Shown here in pieces: positions 50,410 through 59,753 of a stretch of DNA of 64,000 nt. Location of the stretch: assembly GCA_963740835.1 (NCBI GenBank), contig CAVUFH010000003.1:644588-708587 (forward strand). The letters are read 5' to 3'. Made by a program: the position numbers and the translations under genes. The stretch comes from an uncultured Actinomycetes bacterium. Lineage in GTDB: Bacteria; Actinomycetota; Acidimicrobiia; IMCC26256; PALSA-610. Below the pieces are notes generated by a model. The model was not told the DNA's origin, did not search any database, and saw only the letters and a list, made by a program, of their open reading frames with translations. Each line of letters starts with the position of its first letter. The first letter of the stretch is position 1.

Positions 50410-51762
50410 ATGACGATGATCAGCATCCGTCGTTGCTGGGCGATTGCCGCGGCTGCGTGCGTCGTGCTCGGTGCATGCACGAGCGAGTCGGCGGGGGACG
50501 ACGACTCCACGTCGACTGCCACGACCGCGAGCGGTTCCGGTGCCACGGCGACCGGGACCGGGACCGGGAACACCGTCGGCATCACCGTGGACACCATCAA
50601 GATCTCGTTGATCGCAACCGACCTGTCGCAACTCGCCGCGCAGCACCTCGCGCCGGAGATCGGCAACGCGGGCACGACGATGCAGGCGGTCACCGACGAC
50701 ATCAACGCCAAGGGTGGGATCGCCGGGCGCAAGGTCGAGCTGATCCCCCACGTGCTGTCGGGCGCGGATGCGATCTTGAATCCGGATGTCGGACGGCAGG
50801 CGTGCGTCCAGGCAACCGAGGACGACAAGCCGTTCGCGGTGATCATCGCCGCCGCGATACCCGCGTCCGTCGTGCAGTGCGTGGCGGACGACCATGACGT
50901 GCTGACGATCACGATGGACAGCTGGCCCGAGAGCCTGTACACGAACGCGAAGGGGCGGTTGTTCTCGCTCGCGTCGCACATCTCGATCGAGAGCTCGCGC
51001 CTCTATCGAGCCTGGCCCAGGATCCTCGACGATGCCGCGCTGTTGAAGGGCAAGAAGATCGGGATCATTCGTCAGGACGTCGCCGATCAACAGGAGGAGA
51101 CCGACCATTCTTTGAAGCCCGGCATCGCCGCGCTCGGGTACAAGGTCGCGGCGGAAGCGGTGCTGCCGTGTCCGGAAGGCTCGCAGACGTGTGATCAGCA
51201 GCAGGTGGCCATCCAGCGCATGCAGGACGCCGGGGTCGACTTCGTGTTCCTCGTCGCGCAGACGCTCGCCGGTTCCGCGACCGTCGAGGCCGCGCAGACC
51301 CTCGGTTACAAGCCCCAGTGGGCGACGGTCGGTAACAACGTGACCGACACCGTGGCGCAGTTCTACAGGAACGCGAAGGACGACTACGACGGCGCGTACG
51401 GCCTCGACATCGCGTTCACCGATCTCACTCCGGCGACGACTGCGTGCAACCGCATCGCCGTCGCCGGCGGCGTCCAGAGGTTCCCGAAGGATTCCGACGG
51501 TTACAGCTTCACCGGCGTCACGTGCATCCAGATGCGGGCACTCGCGCAGGCGATCAACGCCGTCGAGGGCACGATCGATCAGGCGTCGGTGATCGCCGCG
51601 CTCGAACACCTGGACCCGATCGTGATGATCACCGGACCGCAGGGCTCGTTGAGCAAGGAGAAGCACTACGAGGGCACCTCGGTGTTCCTGTCCCGCTACT
51701 CGGCGAAGAGCGAGCAGTTCGAGCCGGTCGACGACCGCAAGCCGATCAGCGTCGGCGGCTGA
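50410..51762 (+). CDS. ABC transporter substrate-binding lipoprotein (type-I periplasmic-binding fold, Liv-like)
   Basis: Signal peptide plus lipobox VVLGAC. Bilobal PBP1-like pattern. Upstream of the Liv-type permease/ATPase genes. Confidence 0.75.
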   Translation: MTMISIRRCWAIAAAACVVLGACTSESAGDDDSTSTATTASGSGATATGTGTGNTVGITVDTIKISLIATDLSQLAAQHLAPEIGNAGTTMQAVTDDINAKGGIAGRKVELIPHVLSGADAILNPDVGRQACVQATEDDKPFAVIIAAAIPASVVQCVADDHDVLTITMDSWPESLYTNAKGRLFSLASHISIESSRLYRAWPRILDDAALLKGKKIGIIRQDVADQQEETDHSLKPGIAALGYKVAAEAVLPCPEGSQTCDQQQVAIQRMQDAGVDFVFLVAQTLAGSATVEAAQTLGYKPQWATVGNNVTDTVAQFYRNAKDDYDGAYGLDIAFTDLTPATTACNRIAVAGGVQRFPKDSDGYSFTGVTCIQMRALAQAINAVEGTIDQASVIAALEHLDPIVMITGPQGSLSKEKHYEGTSVFLSRYSAKSEQFEPVDDRKPISVGG

Positions 51763-51768
51763 CCCGTC

Positions 51769-53946
51769 GTGGACGAGTCGCGTGACGTCGCCCGGCTCTC
51801 GGCGGCGGTGCTCGAGGCCGAGATCCGGCGGACGGAGGCATCCGTCGTGCCCGAGGTCCTGCTCGCCGACGCGGAGCTCCCGGGTGTCGACGAGGACGCG
51901 ATGTCGTTGCGCGAAGCGCTGCGCCTCGGTGGCGCGCGGACGATAACGATCCTCGGCTTGCTCGGGGCCTTGCAATTGATGGACGGCGGCGTGTTCAACG
52001 TGCTCGCGCCCGACATCCAGAAGTCGCTGCGCGTCTCCGACGCGGTGCTCGGCGCGATCGCGGGTGCGACCGGTGTGCTGTTCGTCCTCGGCGCGATTCC
52101 GATGTCGTCGCTGTCCGACCGAACGTCACGCAAGCGCCTGATCGCGATCACGATGTCGTTCTGGGCGGTGGTGATCGCGTTGACCGGCGCGGTGCAGAAC
52201 GCGTTCCAGATGTTCCTTGCCCGGTTCGGTGCCGGACTCGGCCAGTCCGCGCAGCTGCCCGTCAGCGCACCGCTGCTCGTCGATACGTATCCGATCGCAG
52301 CGCGGGCCCGTGTGTTCGCGGTGCTCGGTGGGGCACAGGCGGTCGGCACGATGTGCGCGCCGTTCCTCGCCGGTGGGATCGCCGCGCTCGCGGGTGGCGA
52401 CAACGGATGGCGTTGGGCGTTCGTGCTGCTCGGACTGCTCGCGCTGCCCATCGCACTGTCGGCGAACACGATCAAGGAACCGCGGCGGGGCCGGCACGAG
52501 ATGCGATCGGTGCTCGGCGAGGAGTTGCCGCCGGAGGAGGACGAGCTCCCGATCTCGCTCTCGGTCGCCTTTGAGCGGCTGCGGAAGATCCAGAGCTTCT
52601 ACTACTTCCTCGTCGGGATGGCCGCGCTCGGCTTCGCCCTCTTCACCGCGCCCCTGTTCCTCAACCTGTACTTCGACGACGAGCTCGGCCTCGACGCGTT
52701 CCAACGCGGCGTGATCGCGACGATCATCGCGATCCCGACTCTGCTCGCCATCGCGGTCTCGGGCCGGCGGGCGGACACGCTGTTCCGCCGCAGCCCGCCC
52801 GCGGCAATGGCGTTCGTCGGAGTGCTCATTGCGTTGTTCGGCATCGGACTGGTCGGCGCGATCTGGCTGCCGAGCATCTGGGCGGTCGTGCCCGTGCTCG
52901 CGCTGGCCACGGCGTGTGCGCAGGCCGCGTTCACGATCCTCCCCGCAGTCGTGTCGACGATCATCCCCTATCGGCTCCACGCGCGCGGCACCGCGATGAT
53001 CGGCATCTACGTGTTCCTGTTCGGTTCGTTCTTCGGTGCCGTGCTCACCGGCCTGCTGAGCGATGCGTACGGGACGCGCACCGCGCTGGCGATCATCGTG
53101 CTGCCGGCGACGTTGATCGGGGGCGCCCTGATCGCACTCGGCGCCCGGCACATCCGGCACGACATGACGATGGTCGTCGAGGAACTGCGCGAGGAGCAGG
53201 AAGAACGCACACGGATGCAGCAGTCGGACGCCGTCGTGCCCGTCCTGCAAGTCCGGAACCTCGACTTCTCTTACGGGAAGGTCCAGGTGCTGTTCGACGT
53301 CAGCTTCGACGTCCACCACGGCGAGACCCTGGCGCTGCTCGGAACCAACGGTGCCGGGAAGTCGACCCTGCTGCGCGTCATCAGCGGCCTGGGCGTGGCC
53401 GGTCGCGGCGTGGTCCGGTTGCGCGGTCGGACGGTCACGTATGCGGATCCTGATCTGCGGGTTCGGGTCGGCATCGTGCAGCTCATCGGCGGCGGCGCGA
53501 CGTTCGCGCCGCTGACCGTGCACGAGAACCTGCGTACCGCGGCGTTCCTCTACGGCCGCAAGGATCAGGAACGGCGCATCGGCAAGGCAGTCGAGCTGTT
53601 CCCGGTACTCCGCGAGCGCTTCGACACACCGGCCCGGGAGCTGTCGGGCGGTCAGCAGCAGATGCTCGCCCTGGCAATGACGCTCGTGCACGAACCCGAG
53701 GTGTTGATCATCGACGAGCTGTCGCTCGGCCTCGCGCCGGTCGTTGTCCAGCAGGTGTTCGAAGTGGTGCAACGACTGCGCGATGCCGGCATCACGATGA
53801 TCATCGTCGAGCAGTCGCTCAACGTCGCGCTCGCGATCGCGGATCGGGCGATCTTCATGGAGAAGGGTCAGATCCGCTTCGAAGGATCGACCGCAGATCT
53901 CGCCGCGCGCGACGACCTCGTGCGCGCCGTCTTCCTGGGACGCTGA
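51769..53946 (+). CDS. Fusion protein: an MFS-type permease domain (about 480 aa) fused to an ABC ATP-binding domain (LivF-like)
   Basis: A single uninterrupted ORF. The N-terminal part has 12 TM helices with MFS motif A (LSDRTSRKRL). The C-terminal part has Walker A GTNGAGKST, LSGGQQQ and Walker B IIDELSLGL. Confidence 0.7.
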   Translation: MDESRDVARLSAAVLEAEIRRTEASVVPEVLLADAELPGVDEDAMSLREALRLGGARTITILGLLGALQLMDGGVFNVLAPDIQKSLRVSDAVLGAIAGATGVLFVLGAIPMSSLSDRTSRKRLIAITMSFWAVVIALTGAVQNAFQMFLARFGAGLGQSAQLPVSAPLLVDTYPIAARARVFAVLGGAQAVGTMCAPFLAGGIAALAGGDNGWRWAFVLLGLLALPIALSANTIKEPRRGRHEMRSVLGEELPPEEDELPISLSVAFERLRKIQSFYYFLVGMAALGFALFTAPLFLNLYFDDELGLDAFQRGVIATIIAIPTLLAIAVSGRRADTLFRRSPPAAMAFVGVLIALFGIGLVGAIWLPSIWAVVPVLALATACAQAAFTILPAVVSTIIPYRLHARGTAMIGIYVFLFGSFFGAVLTGLLSDAYGTRTALAIIVLPATLIGGALIALGARHIRHDMTMVVEELREEQEERTRMQQSDAVVPVLQVRNLDFSYGKVQVLFDVSFDVHHGETLALLGTNGAGKSTLLRVISGLGVAGRGVVRLRGRTVTYADPDLRVRVGIVQLIGGGATFAPLTVHENLRTAAFLYGRKDQERRIGKAVELFPVLRERFDTPARELSGGQQQMLALAMTLVHEPEVLIIDELSLGLAPVVVQQVFEVVQRLRDAGITMIIVEQSLNVALAIADRAIFMEKGQIRFEGSTADLAARDDLVRAVFLGR

Positions 53947-53950
53947 CTCG

Positions 53951-56725
53951 ATGTTCGCGGCAGTCTTGGCGATCGGGTTGCCGAAGCAGGTCGTGTTCTC
54001 CGGCGCGATGACGGGCCTCACCTACGGCGTGATGGCAGTGGGCGTCATCCTCGTGTTCCGCTCGACCCGGGTCATCAACTTCGCGATCGGTGAGATGGGC
54101 GGCTTCGCGGCCGCGCTGCTTTACCGATTGGTCATCGACTGGAAGGCGCCGTTCTGGCTCTCCTTCCTCACGGGCATCGCCGTCGGTGCAGTCGTGGGCG
54201 CCGCGCTCGAGCTGTTGGTCGTGCGGCGGCTGTTCTCCGCGCCGCGCGTGATCCTGCTCGTCGCGCTGATCGGTGCCGCGCAGGTGCTGTTGTTCTTCCA
54301 GCTGATCCTCCCCGACGTGACGCGCGTGCGTCCGTACCCCACCGCGTTCTCGGGCCGGTGGGAGATCGGTGGGGTACTCGTGCGGGGGCAGGAGCTGACG
54401 GTGATCGTCGTCATCCCGCTCCTCGTCATCGCGCTGACGCTCTTCATGAACCGCACGAAATACGGGCTCGCGATCCGCGCGTCGGCTGCCAACGCCGACG
54501 CCGCCCGCCTCGCCGGCATCAACATCAAGCAGATGTCGACGATCGTTTGGGTGGTCTCCGGCGCGCTCGCGGCGACGGCCGCGATGCTCTTCGCGCCGCT
54601 CAATCCTGCCGGTGCTTCGGCACTCGGTGTCGGGCCGGGCATGCTGCTACGCGTCCTCGCGGCCGCGCTCATCGGCGGCATGGCATCACTGCCGCTCGCG
54701 CTCGCAGGCGGCGTCGCGATCGGAGTCGGCGAGAGCGTCATCAACTACAACTACAACGACCAGCGCGGCTTGCTCGACCTGGTGCTGTTCGTCGTCGTGC
54801 TGGTGACGTTGCTGGTCAGCGGGAGGCGGCGAGGGCTCGCGGAAGCGGACTCCGGTCGGTGGTCGTTCGCACCGCGGATCCGTCCGATCCCTGCCGCGTT
54901 GCAGTCGAAGTGGTGGGTGCGGTCGCTGCCGGCGTTCGGTGTGGGCCTCGTCGCCCTCCTCGCGCTGTTCCCCCTCGTGTTCTTGCACCTGCCGTCCCAA
55001 CGCGAGGCGTGGAGCCGCGTGCTGCTCTACGCGCTCGTCGCGCTGTCACTGACCGTGCTCACGGGCTGGGCCGGCCAACTCTCGCTCGGTCAGTTCGCGT
55101 TCGTCGGCGTCGGCGGCCTCACGACCGCTGCACTCGTCCGCAACGGCGTGGGGTTCATCCCCGGGCTGATGCTGTCGGCGTGTGTCACCGCGCTCGTTGC
55201 GATCGTCGTCGGCGCGCCCGCACTGCGGCGTCCCGGGCTCTATCTCGCGGTCACGACGTTCGCGTTCGCGGTGATGACGTCGTCGTGGTTGCTGTGGCGG
55301 AACGTCTTCCTCGACGGTCGGACCCAAGCGGAGCTGCCGCGCCAGGTCCTGCCGCTGCCGGCCGTGCTCTTCGACGAGGGCTGGTCGCTCAAAGCCCAAG
55401 GCAGCTACTACGTGATCTGCCTCATCGCGCTCGGCGTCGTCCTCCTCGCGGTCGCGCTGCTGCAACGCAGCCGGCTCGGCCGTTCGATGATCGCGGTACG
55501 CGACAACGAACGGGCCGCGGCTTCGTTCGGCATCTCGCCCGGCTTGGTGAAGATCACCGCGTTCGGTATCGGTGGGTGGATCGCCGGCTTGGCCGGCGGC
55601 TTGTTCGTCGGACTCGTGACGCGCGCGCAGCCAGGTGACTTCCCCGCCGCCGAGTCGCTGCGAGTGATCTCGATCGTGGTCATCGGCGGGTTGTCGTCGG
55701 TTGCGGGCGCGGTGCTGGGCGCACTGTGGGTCGTCGGGCTCCCGAAGCTGTTCGACGACAGTGTCGAGATCGGGCTCCTGACGAGCGGCGCGGGGTTGCT
55801 GATCCTGCTGCTCTACTTCCCGGGCGGTCTCGTGCAGGTGTTCTACAGCACCCGCGACGCGCTGTTCGCGTGGCTCGCCCGCCGCGTGCCCGATGTCGCG
55901 GAACCGATCGCGGATCGGCAGCCCCTCCCGACTCGCGCGCGTGTCGCGTCACGAGAGATCCGGCCCGAGCTCGACGCGGTGATCCGGGTCGGCGGCCTCT
56001 CGGTGTCGTTCGGGCCGCGCCTGGTGCTGGAAGGGGTGGATCTCAACGTCGGACCGGGCGAGGTCGTGGGGCTCATCGGCGCGAACGGTGCGGGCAAGTC
56101 GACGTTGATGAACGCGGTCGGAGGCTTTGTCCGCAGCACCGGAAGCGTCGAGATCCTCGGCCACGACGCGCACCGGCTCTCCGCGGCCAAGCGGGCGCGA
56201 CTCGGTCTGGGCCGATCCTTCCAAGGCGCCGAACTGTTCCAGGACCTCACCGTGCGCGAGACCGTCGGGCTCGCGGTGCCCGGCGTCCGACCGTGGCAGC
56301 GCACGGCCCGCGCCGAGGCGGACGAGGTCATCGCGTTCCTCGGACTCGGCGGGTTCGTCGATCGCTTCATCAACGAGCTCTCGACCGGGACGCGCCGGGT
56401 GGTCGAGCTCGCGTGCCTCATGGCATCGGGCGCCCAGGTGCTCTGTCTCGACGAACCGACGGCCGGCATCGCGCAACGCGAAAGCGAAGCCTTCGGTCCG
56501 CTGATGCTGCGGATCCGCGACGAGTTGCACGCCAGCATGCTGGTCATCGAACACGACATGCCGGTGATCATGGGCATCAGCGACCGCGTCTACTGCCTCG
56601 AGGCGGGCACGCTGCTGTGCGAAGGAACGCCCGACGCGATCCGCAACGACCCGCGTGTCATCGCGTCGTATCTCGGTACCGACGAGCGGGCGATCCAACG
56701 CAGTGGCGCGGCACCAGTCACCTGA
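53951..56725 (+). CDS. Fused branched-chain-amino-acid-type ABC permease-permease-ATPase (LivH-LivM-LivG)
   Basis: 924 aa. Two successive multi-TM permease domains are followed by Walker A GANGAGKST, LSTGTRR and Walker B LCLDEPTAG. Confidence 0.8.
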   Translation: MFAAVLAIGLPKQVVFSGAMTGLTYGVMAVGVILVFRSTRVINFAIGEMGGFAAALLYRLVIDWKAPFWLSFLTGIAVGAVVGAALELLVVRRLFSAPRVILLVALIGAAQVLLFFQLILPDVTRVRPYPTAFSGRWEIGGVLVRGQELTVIVVIPLLVIALTLFMNRTKYGLAIRASAANADAARLAGINIKQMSTIVWVVSGALAATAAMLFAPLNPAGASALGVGPGMLLRVLAAALIGGMASLPLALAGGVAIGVGESVINYNYNDQRGLLDLVLFVVVLVTLLVSGRRRGLAEADSGRWSFAPRIRPIPAALQSKWWVRSLPAFGVGLVALLALFPLVFLHLPSQREAWSRVLLYALVALSLTVLTGWAGQLSLGQFAFVGVGGLTTAALVRNGVGFIPGLMLSACVTALVAIVVGAPALRRPGLYLAVTTFAFAVMTSSWLLWRNVFLDGRTQAELPRQVLPLPAVLFDEGWSLKAQGSYYVICLIALGVVLLAVALLQRSRLGRSMIAVRDNERAAASFGISPGLVKITAFGIGGWIAGLAGGLFVGLVTRAQPGDFPAAESLRVISIVVIGGLSSVAGAVLGALWVVGLPKLFDDSVEIGLLTSGAGLLILLLYFPGGLVQVFYSTRDALFAWLARRVPDVAEPIADRQPLPTRARVASREIRPELDAVIRVGGLSVSFGPRLVLEGVDLNVGPGEVVGLIGANGAGKSTLMNAVGGFVRSTGSVEILGHDAHRLSAAKRARLGLGRSFQGAELFQDLTVRETVGLAVPGVRPWQRTARAEADEVIAFLGLGGFVDRFINELSTGTRRVVELACLMASGAQVLCLDEPTAGIAQRESEAFGPLMLRIRDELHASMLVIEHDMPVIMGISDRVYCLEAGTLLCEGTPDAIRNDPRVIASYLGTDERAIQRSGAAPVT

Positions 56726-56753
56726 CGCGTGGCGCGCGTTGGATGCACGCGCG

Positions 56754-57486
56754 CTACGGATGCATCATGCCGACGTGCGGGGCGACCTCTTCGGTACCGC
56801 TCCGCAGTTCGACGATCCCGTGCCAGGGCTCGCCCCGCCGCACCGCGATGCCGACCAGCACGGTCAAGACCCGCTCGCTGAAGTCGGCGGTGGCTTCGCG
56901 CGGTGTCGCGACCAGTTTCCGCAGGTTCGGCAGCGCGTCGGGCGGCTGCGTGGCGAGCAGCCGGTGGTACTCGGCGAGCGCCGGCCGGCCCGCGCGCGGA
57001 CTCCTTGGCGCGGATCTCGGCGACGGCCGCACCGAGCGCGCAGTCGCTGACGATCTCGTACGCGTCGACGGCTTCCGTCACGTTGAACCCTTGCCGGGTC
57101 AGCACGCCGACCACCGCGTCGACGTGCGCGACCATGCGCTCCACCCCGAGCGAACCGTTGAGGAACTGTCCGAGCACCGCCGGTTGGGCGACGAACGCGT
57201 CGTGGCTGTAGCGGGCCCACTCCAGCAACCACGCGGTCCAGTGCTGCCCGTGGTCGACCGGCACCTCGATCTGCGCGGCGGAGTACTCGGCCCCGAGGCG
57301 CATGAGGTCGTCGCGACCCTCCACGTGGTGGTACAGCCCGGGCACGCTCACGCCGAGGCGGTCGGCGACGGCCTTCATCGTCACGCGGTCGAGCCCGATC
57401 TCGTACGCGGCGCGGGCGATCATCGCCCGGTTGATGCGCGCGGGCCGGCCGACCTTGGGCCGGGGCGCCCCGGTGAGCTGGTCCAT
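56754..57486 (-). CDS. TetR-family transcriptional regulator, interrupted by a frameshift near 57000
   Basis: The N-terminal HTH (MKAVADRLGVSVPGLYHHV) is in one frame. The C-terminal ligand domain (…LAEYHRLLATQPPDALPNLRKLVATPREATADFSERVLTVLVGIAVRRGEPW…) is in ORF 56754..57032. The junction lies in a (CG)n/GGCCGGCCGG stretch. Confidence 0.65.
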
Positions 57487-57536
57487 GCCCCTCCCGCGTT
57501 TCCGAACAAATTCGAACGAGTTTTCGAAGAAGGTAC

Positions 57537-58820
57537 TTGAAACTCGCGCGGACGACAAGCGAGACTCGGCCCGTGCCGTCGCCCTCCGCCGAGCCGTCGC
57601 CATCGGCTGAGCTCGTCTACGACCCCTATGACGAAGCCATCGACGCTGCGCCGTACGAGGTCTGGCGGCGGCTGCGAGACGATGCGCCGCTCTACTACAA
57701 CGAGCAGTACGACTTCTACGCGCTGAGCCGGTTCGCCGACGTGCTCGCGGCCTCGCTCGAGTGGCCGACGTACAGCTCGGCGCGCGGCACCGTGCTGGAG
57801 CTGATCGACCCGAGCCCGCCGCCGAACCCACAGGACGGCGACGGCGACTCCATCGACGTCTTCGGGATGATGATCTTCATGGATCCGCCCGGCCACGACG
57901 AGCTGCGGCGGCTGGTGAGCCGCGCGTTCACGCCCCGCCGGGTCGCGGCGCTGGAGACGCGGACGCGCGACCTCTGCGCGCACTTCCTCGATCCACAGCG
58001 CGACGGTGCCGGCTTCGACTTCGTCGAGGACTTCGCCGCGAAGATCCCGGCGATGCTGATCGGCGCACTGCTCGGCGTGCCGAACGAGGACCAGGACCAG
58101 CTCCGCATCTGGGGCGACCTGTTCATGCGGTACGAGCCGCTCGGCCTCAGCGCCGAGAAGGCCGACGCGATCGCGAGCATGACCTCGTATATGGCCGCGA
58201 TGGTCGACGATCGCCGTGCACACCCGCGCGACGACATGGTCTCGGACCTGCTGGCCGCCGAGTTGGAGCGTGAGGACGGCTCCACCCGCCGGCTCACGGT
58301 TGCGGAGGTGATGGCGTTTTTCTCGCTCTTGCAGCTCGCGGGCAGCGAGACGACCGCGCGCCTCCTCGGGTGGGCCGCGGTGCTGCTCGCCCGGCATCCC
58401 GACCAACGGGCGAAGCTCCTCGCCATGCCCGCGCTCGCGTCGAACGCGGTCGAGGAGCTGCTCCGCTACGAAGCACCGTCACCGATCCAGGCGCGCTTCG
58501 TCACGCGTGACGTCGAGTGGTACGGCCAGAAGGTGCCGCAGTACTCGAAGATCGCGCTGCTCACCGGCAGCGCGGGACGCGACGAGCGCGAGTACCCGGA
58601 CGCCAATCGCTTCGACGTCGCGCGGCGCTTCGATCGCCACCTCACCTTCGGGTACGGCATCCACTTCTGCCTCGGCGCCAGCCTGGCTCGCCTCGAGGGT
58701 CGCGTCGTGCTCGAAGAGACGCTCGCCCGGTTCCCCGAGTGGGATGTCGACGAGGGTGCGGTCGAGATGGTGCGAACGTCAACCGTGCGCGGGCCCGTGC
58801 ACGTCCCGATCACGATCTGA
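57537..58820 (+). CDS. Cytochrome P450
   Basis: FGYGIHFCLGASLAR heme-binding loop, EELLRY (ExxR), and AGSETT I-helix. Confidence 0.85.
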   Translation: MKLARTTSETRPVPSPSAEPSPSAELVYDPYDEAIDAAPYEVWRRLRDDAPLYYNEQYDFYALSRFADVLAASLEWPTYSSARGTVLELIDPSPPPNPQDGDGDSIDVFGMMIFMDPPGHDELRRLVSRAFTPRRVAALETRTRDLCAHFLDPQRDGAGFDFVEDFAAKIPAMLIGALLGVPNEDQDQLRIWGDLFMRYEPLGLSAEKADAIASMTSYMAAMVDDRRAHPRDDMVSDLLAAELEREDGSTRRLTVAEVMAFFSLLQLAGSETTARLLGWAAVLLARHPDQRAKLLAMPALASNAVEELLRYEAPSPIQARFVTRDVEWYGQKVPQYSKIALLTGSAGRDEREYPDANRFDVARRFDRHLTFGYGIHFCLGASLARLEGRVVLEETLARFPEWDVDEGAVEMVRTSTVRGPVHVPITI

Positions 58821-58874
58821 AAACGACCGGCCTATCACGATCTGACCACGCTGCCTGCGCAGGGGGACCAGTCC

Positions 58875-59753
58875 ATGGAGACACTCGAAGGGCGCGTCGC
58901 CGTCGTCACCGGCGGCGCGTCGGGCATCGGGCTCGCGCTCGCCCGTGCCTTTCTGGCCCAGGGAATGAAGCTCGTCGTCGCCGACGTGGAAGCGGCGGCG
59001 CTCGACGCCGCGTGCGGCGAGCTCGCTGCGTCCGGCGACGTCCTCGGCGTCGTGACCGACGTGACCGATCCCGCGTCCGTCGACCGCCTCGCGGGCGCGA
59101 CGTTCGATCACTTCGACGCGTGCCACGTGCTGTGCAACAACGCCGGTGTCGGCGCGCCATCGTCGACGGTGTGGGAGACCACCGTGAACGACTGGCGCTG
59201 GGTGCACGGAGTCAACGTGATGGGCGTCGTCCACGGCATCCAGGCATTCGTGCCGCGCATGATCGAGGCCGGCGAACCCGGTTACGTCGTGAACACGTCG
59301 TCGGGTGACGGTGGTATCGCGCCGATGCCGTCGGCGTCGGTGTACGCGGCGAGCAAGGCGGCGGTGACGAGCCTGACCGAGTGCCTCGCGATGCAGTTCC
59401 GATCGGAAGGGACGAACCTGCGGGCCGGGATCTTCTATCCGTCGGGCGGGTTGCTCCGCACCGGGTTGTGGACGGCGGATCGCAACCGGCCCGCGGAGCT
59501 CGCGCGCGAGCGCCCGCGCGCGACCGAGGCGATGACGATCGAGAAGCTCGAAGCAATGGCGAAGCAGGGTGGCCACGAGCTCAAGTTCCAGGATCTCGAC
59601 GAGCTCGCGCAGGTCGTCGTCGACGGTATCCGCGCCGAGCGCTTCATCATGATGATCGACGTCGAGTCGATCGGCGTCACGATGCGCGAGCGCGCCGCCG
59701 CGTTCGAGCAGGGCGTGCTCCCGGATCAGCAGCACGCGGGGGTGTTGGGGTGA
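58875..59753 (+). CDS. SDR-family oxidoreductase
   Basis: TGGASGIGLA, NNAG, and YAASKAA (YxxxK). Confidence 0.85.
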   Translation: METLEGRVAVVTGGASGIGLALARAFLAQGMKLVVADVEAAALDAACGELAASGDVLGVVTDVTDPASVDRLAGATFDHFDACHVLCNNAGVGAPSSTVWETTVNDWRWVHGVNVMGVVHGIQAFVPRMIEAGEPGYVVNTSSGDGGIAPMPSASVYAASKAAVTSLTECLAMQFRSEGTNLRAGIFYPSGGLLRTGLWTADRNRPAELARERPRATEAMTIEKLEAMAKQGGHELKFQDLDELAQVVVDGIRAERFIMMIDVESIGVTMRERAAAFEQGVLPDQQHAGVLG

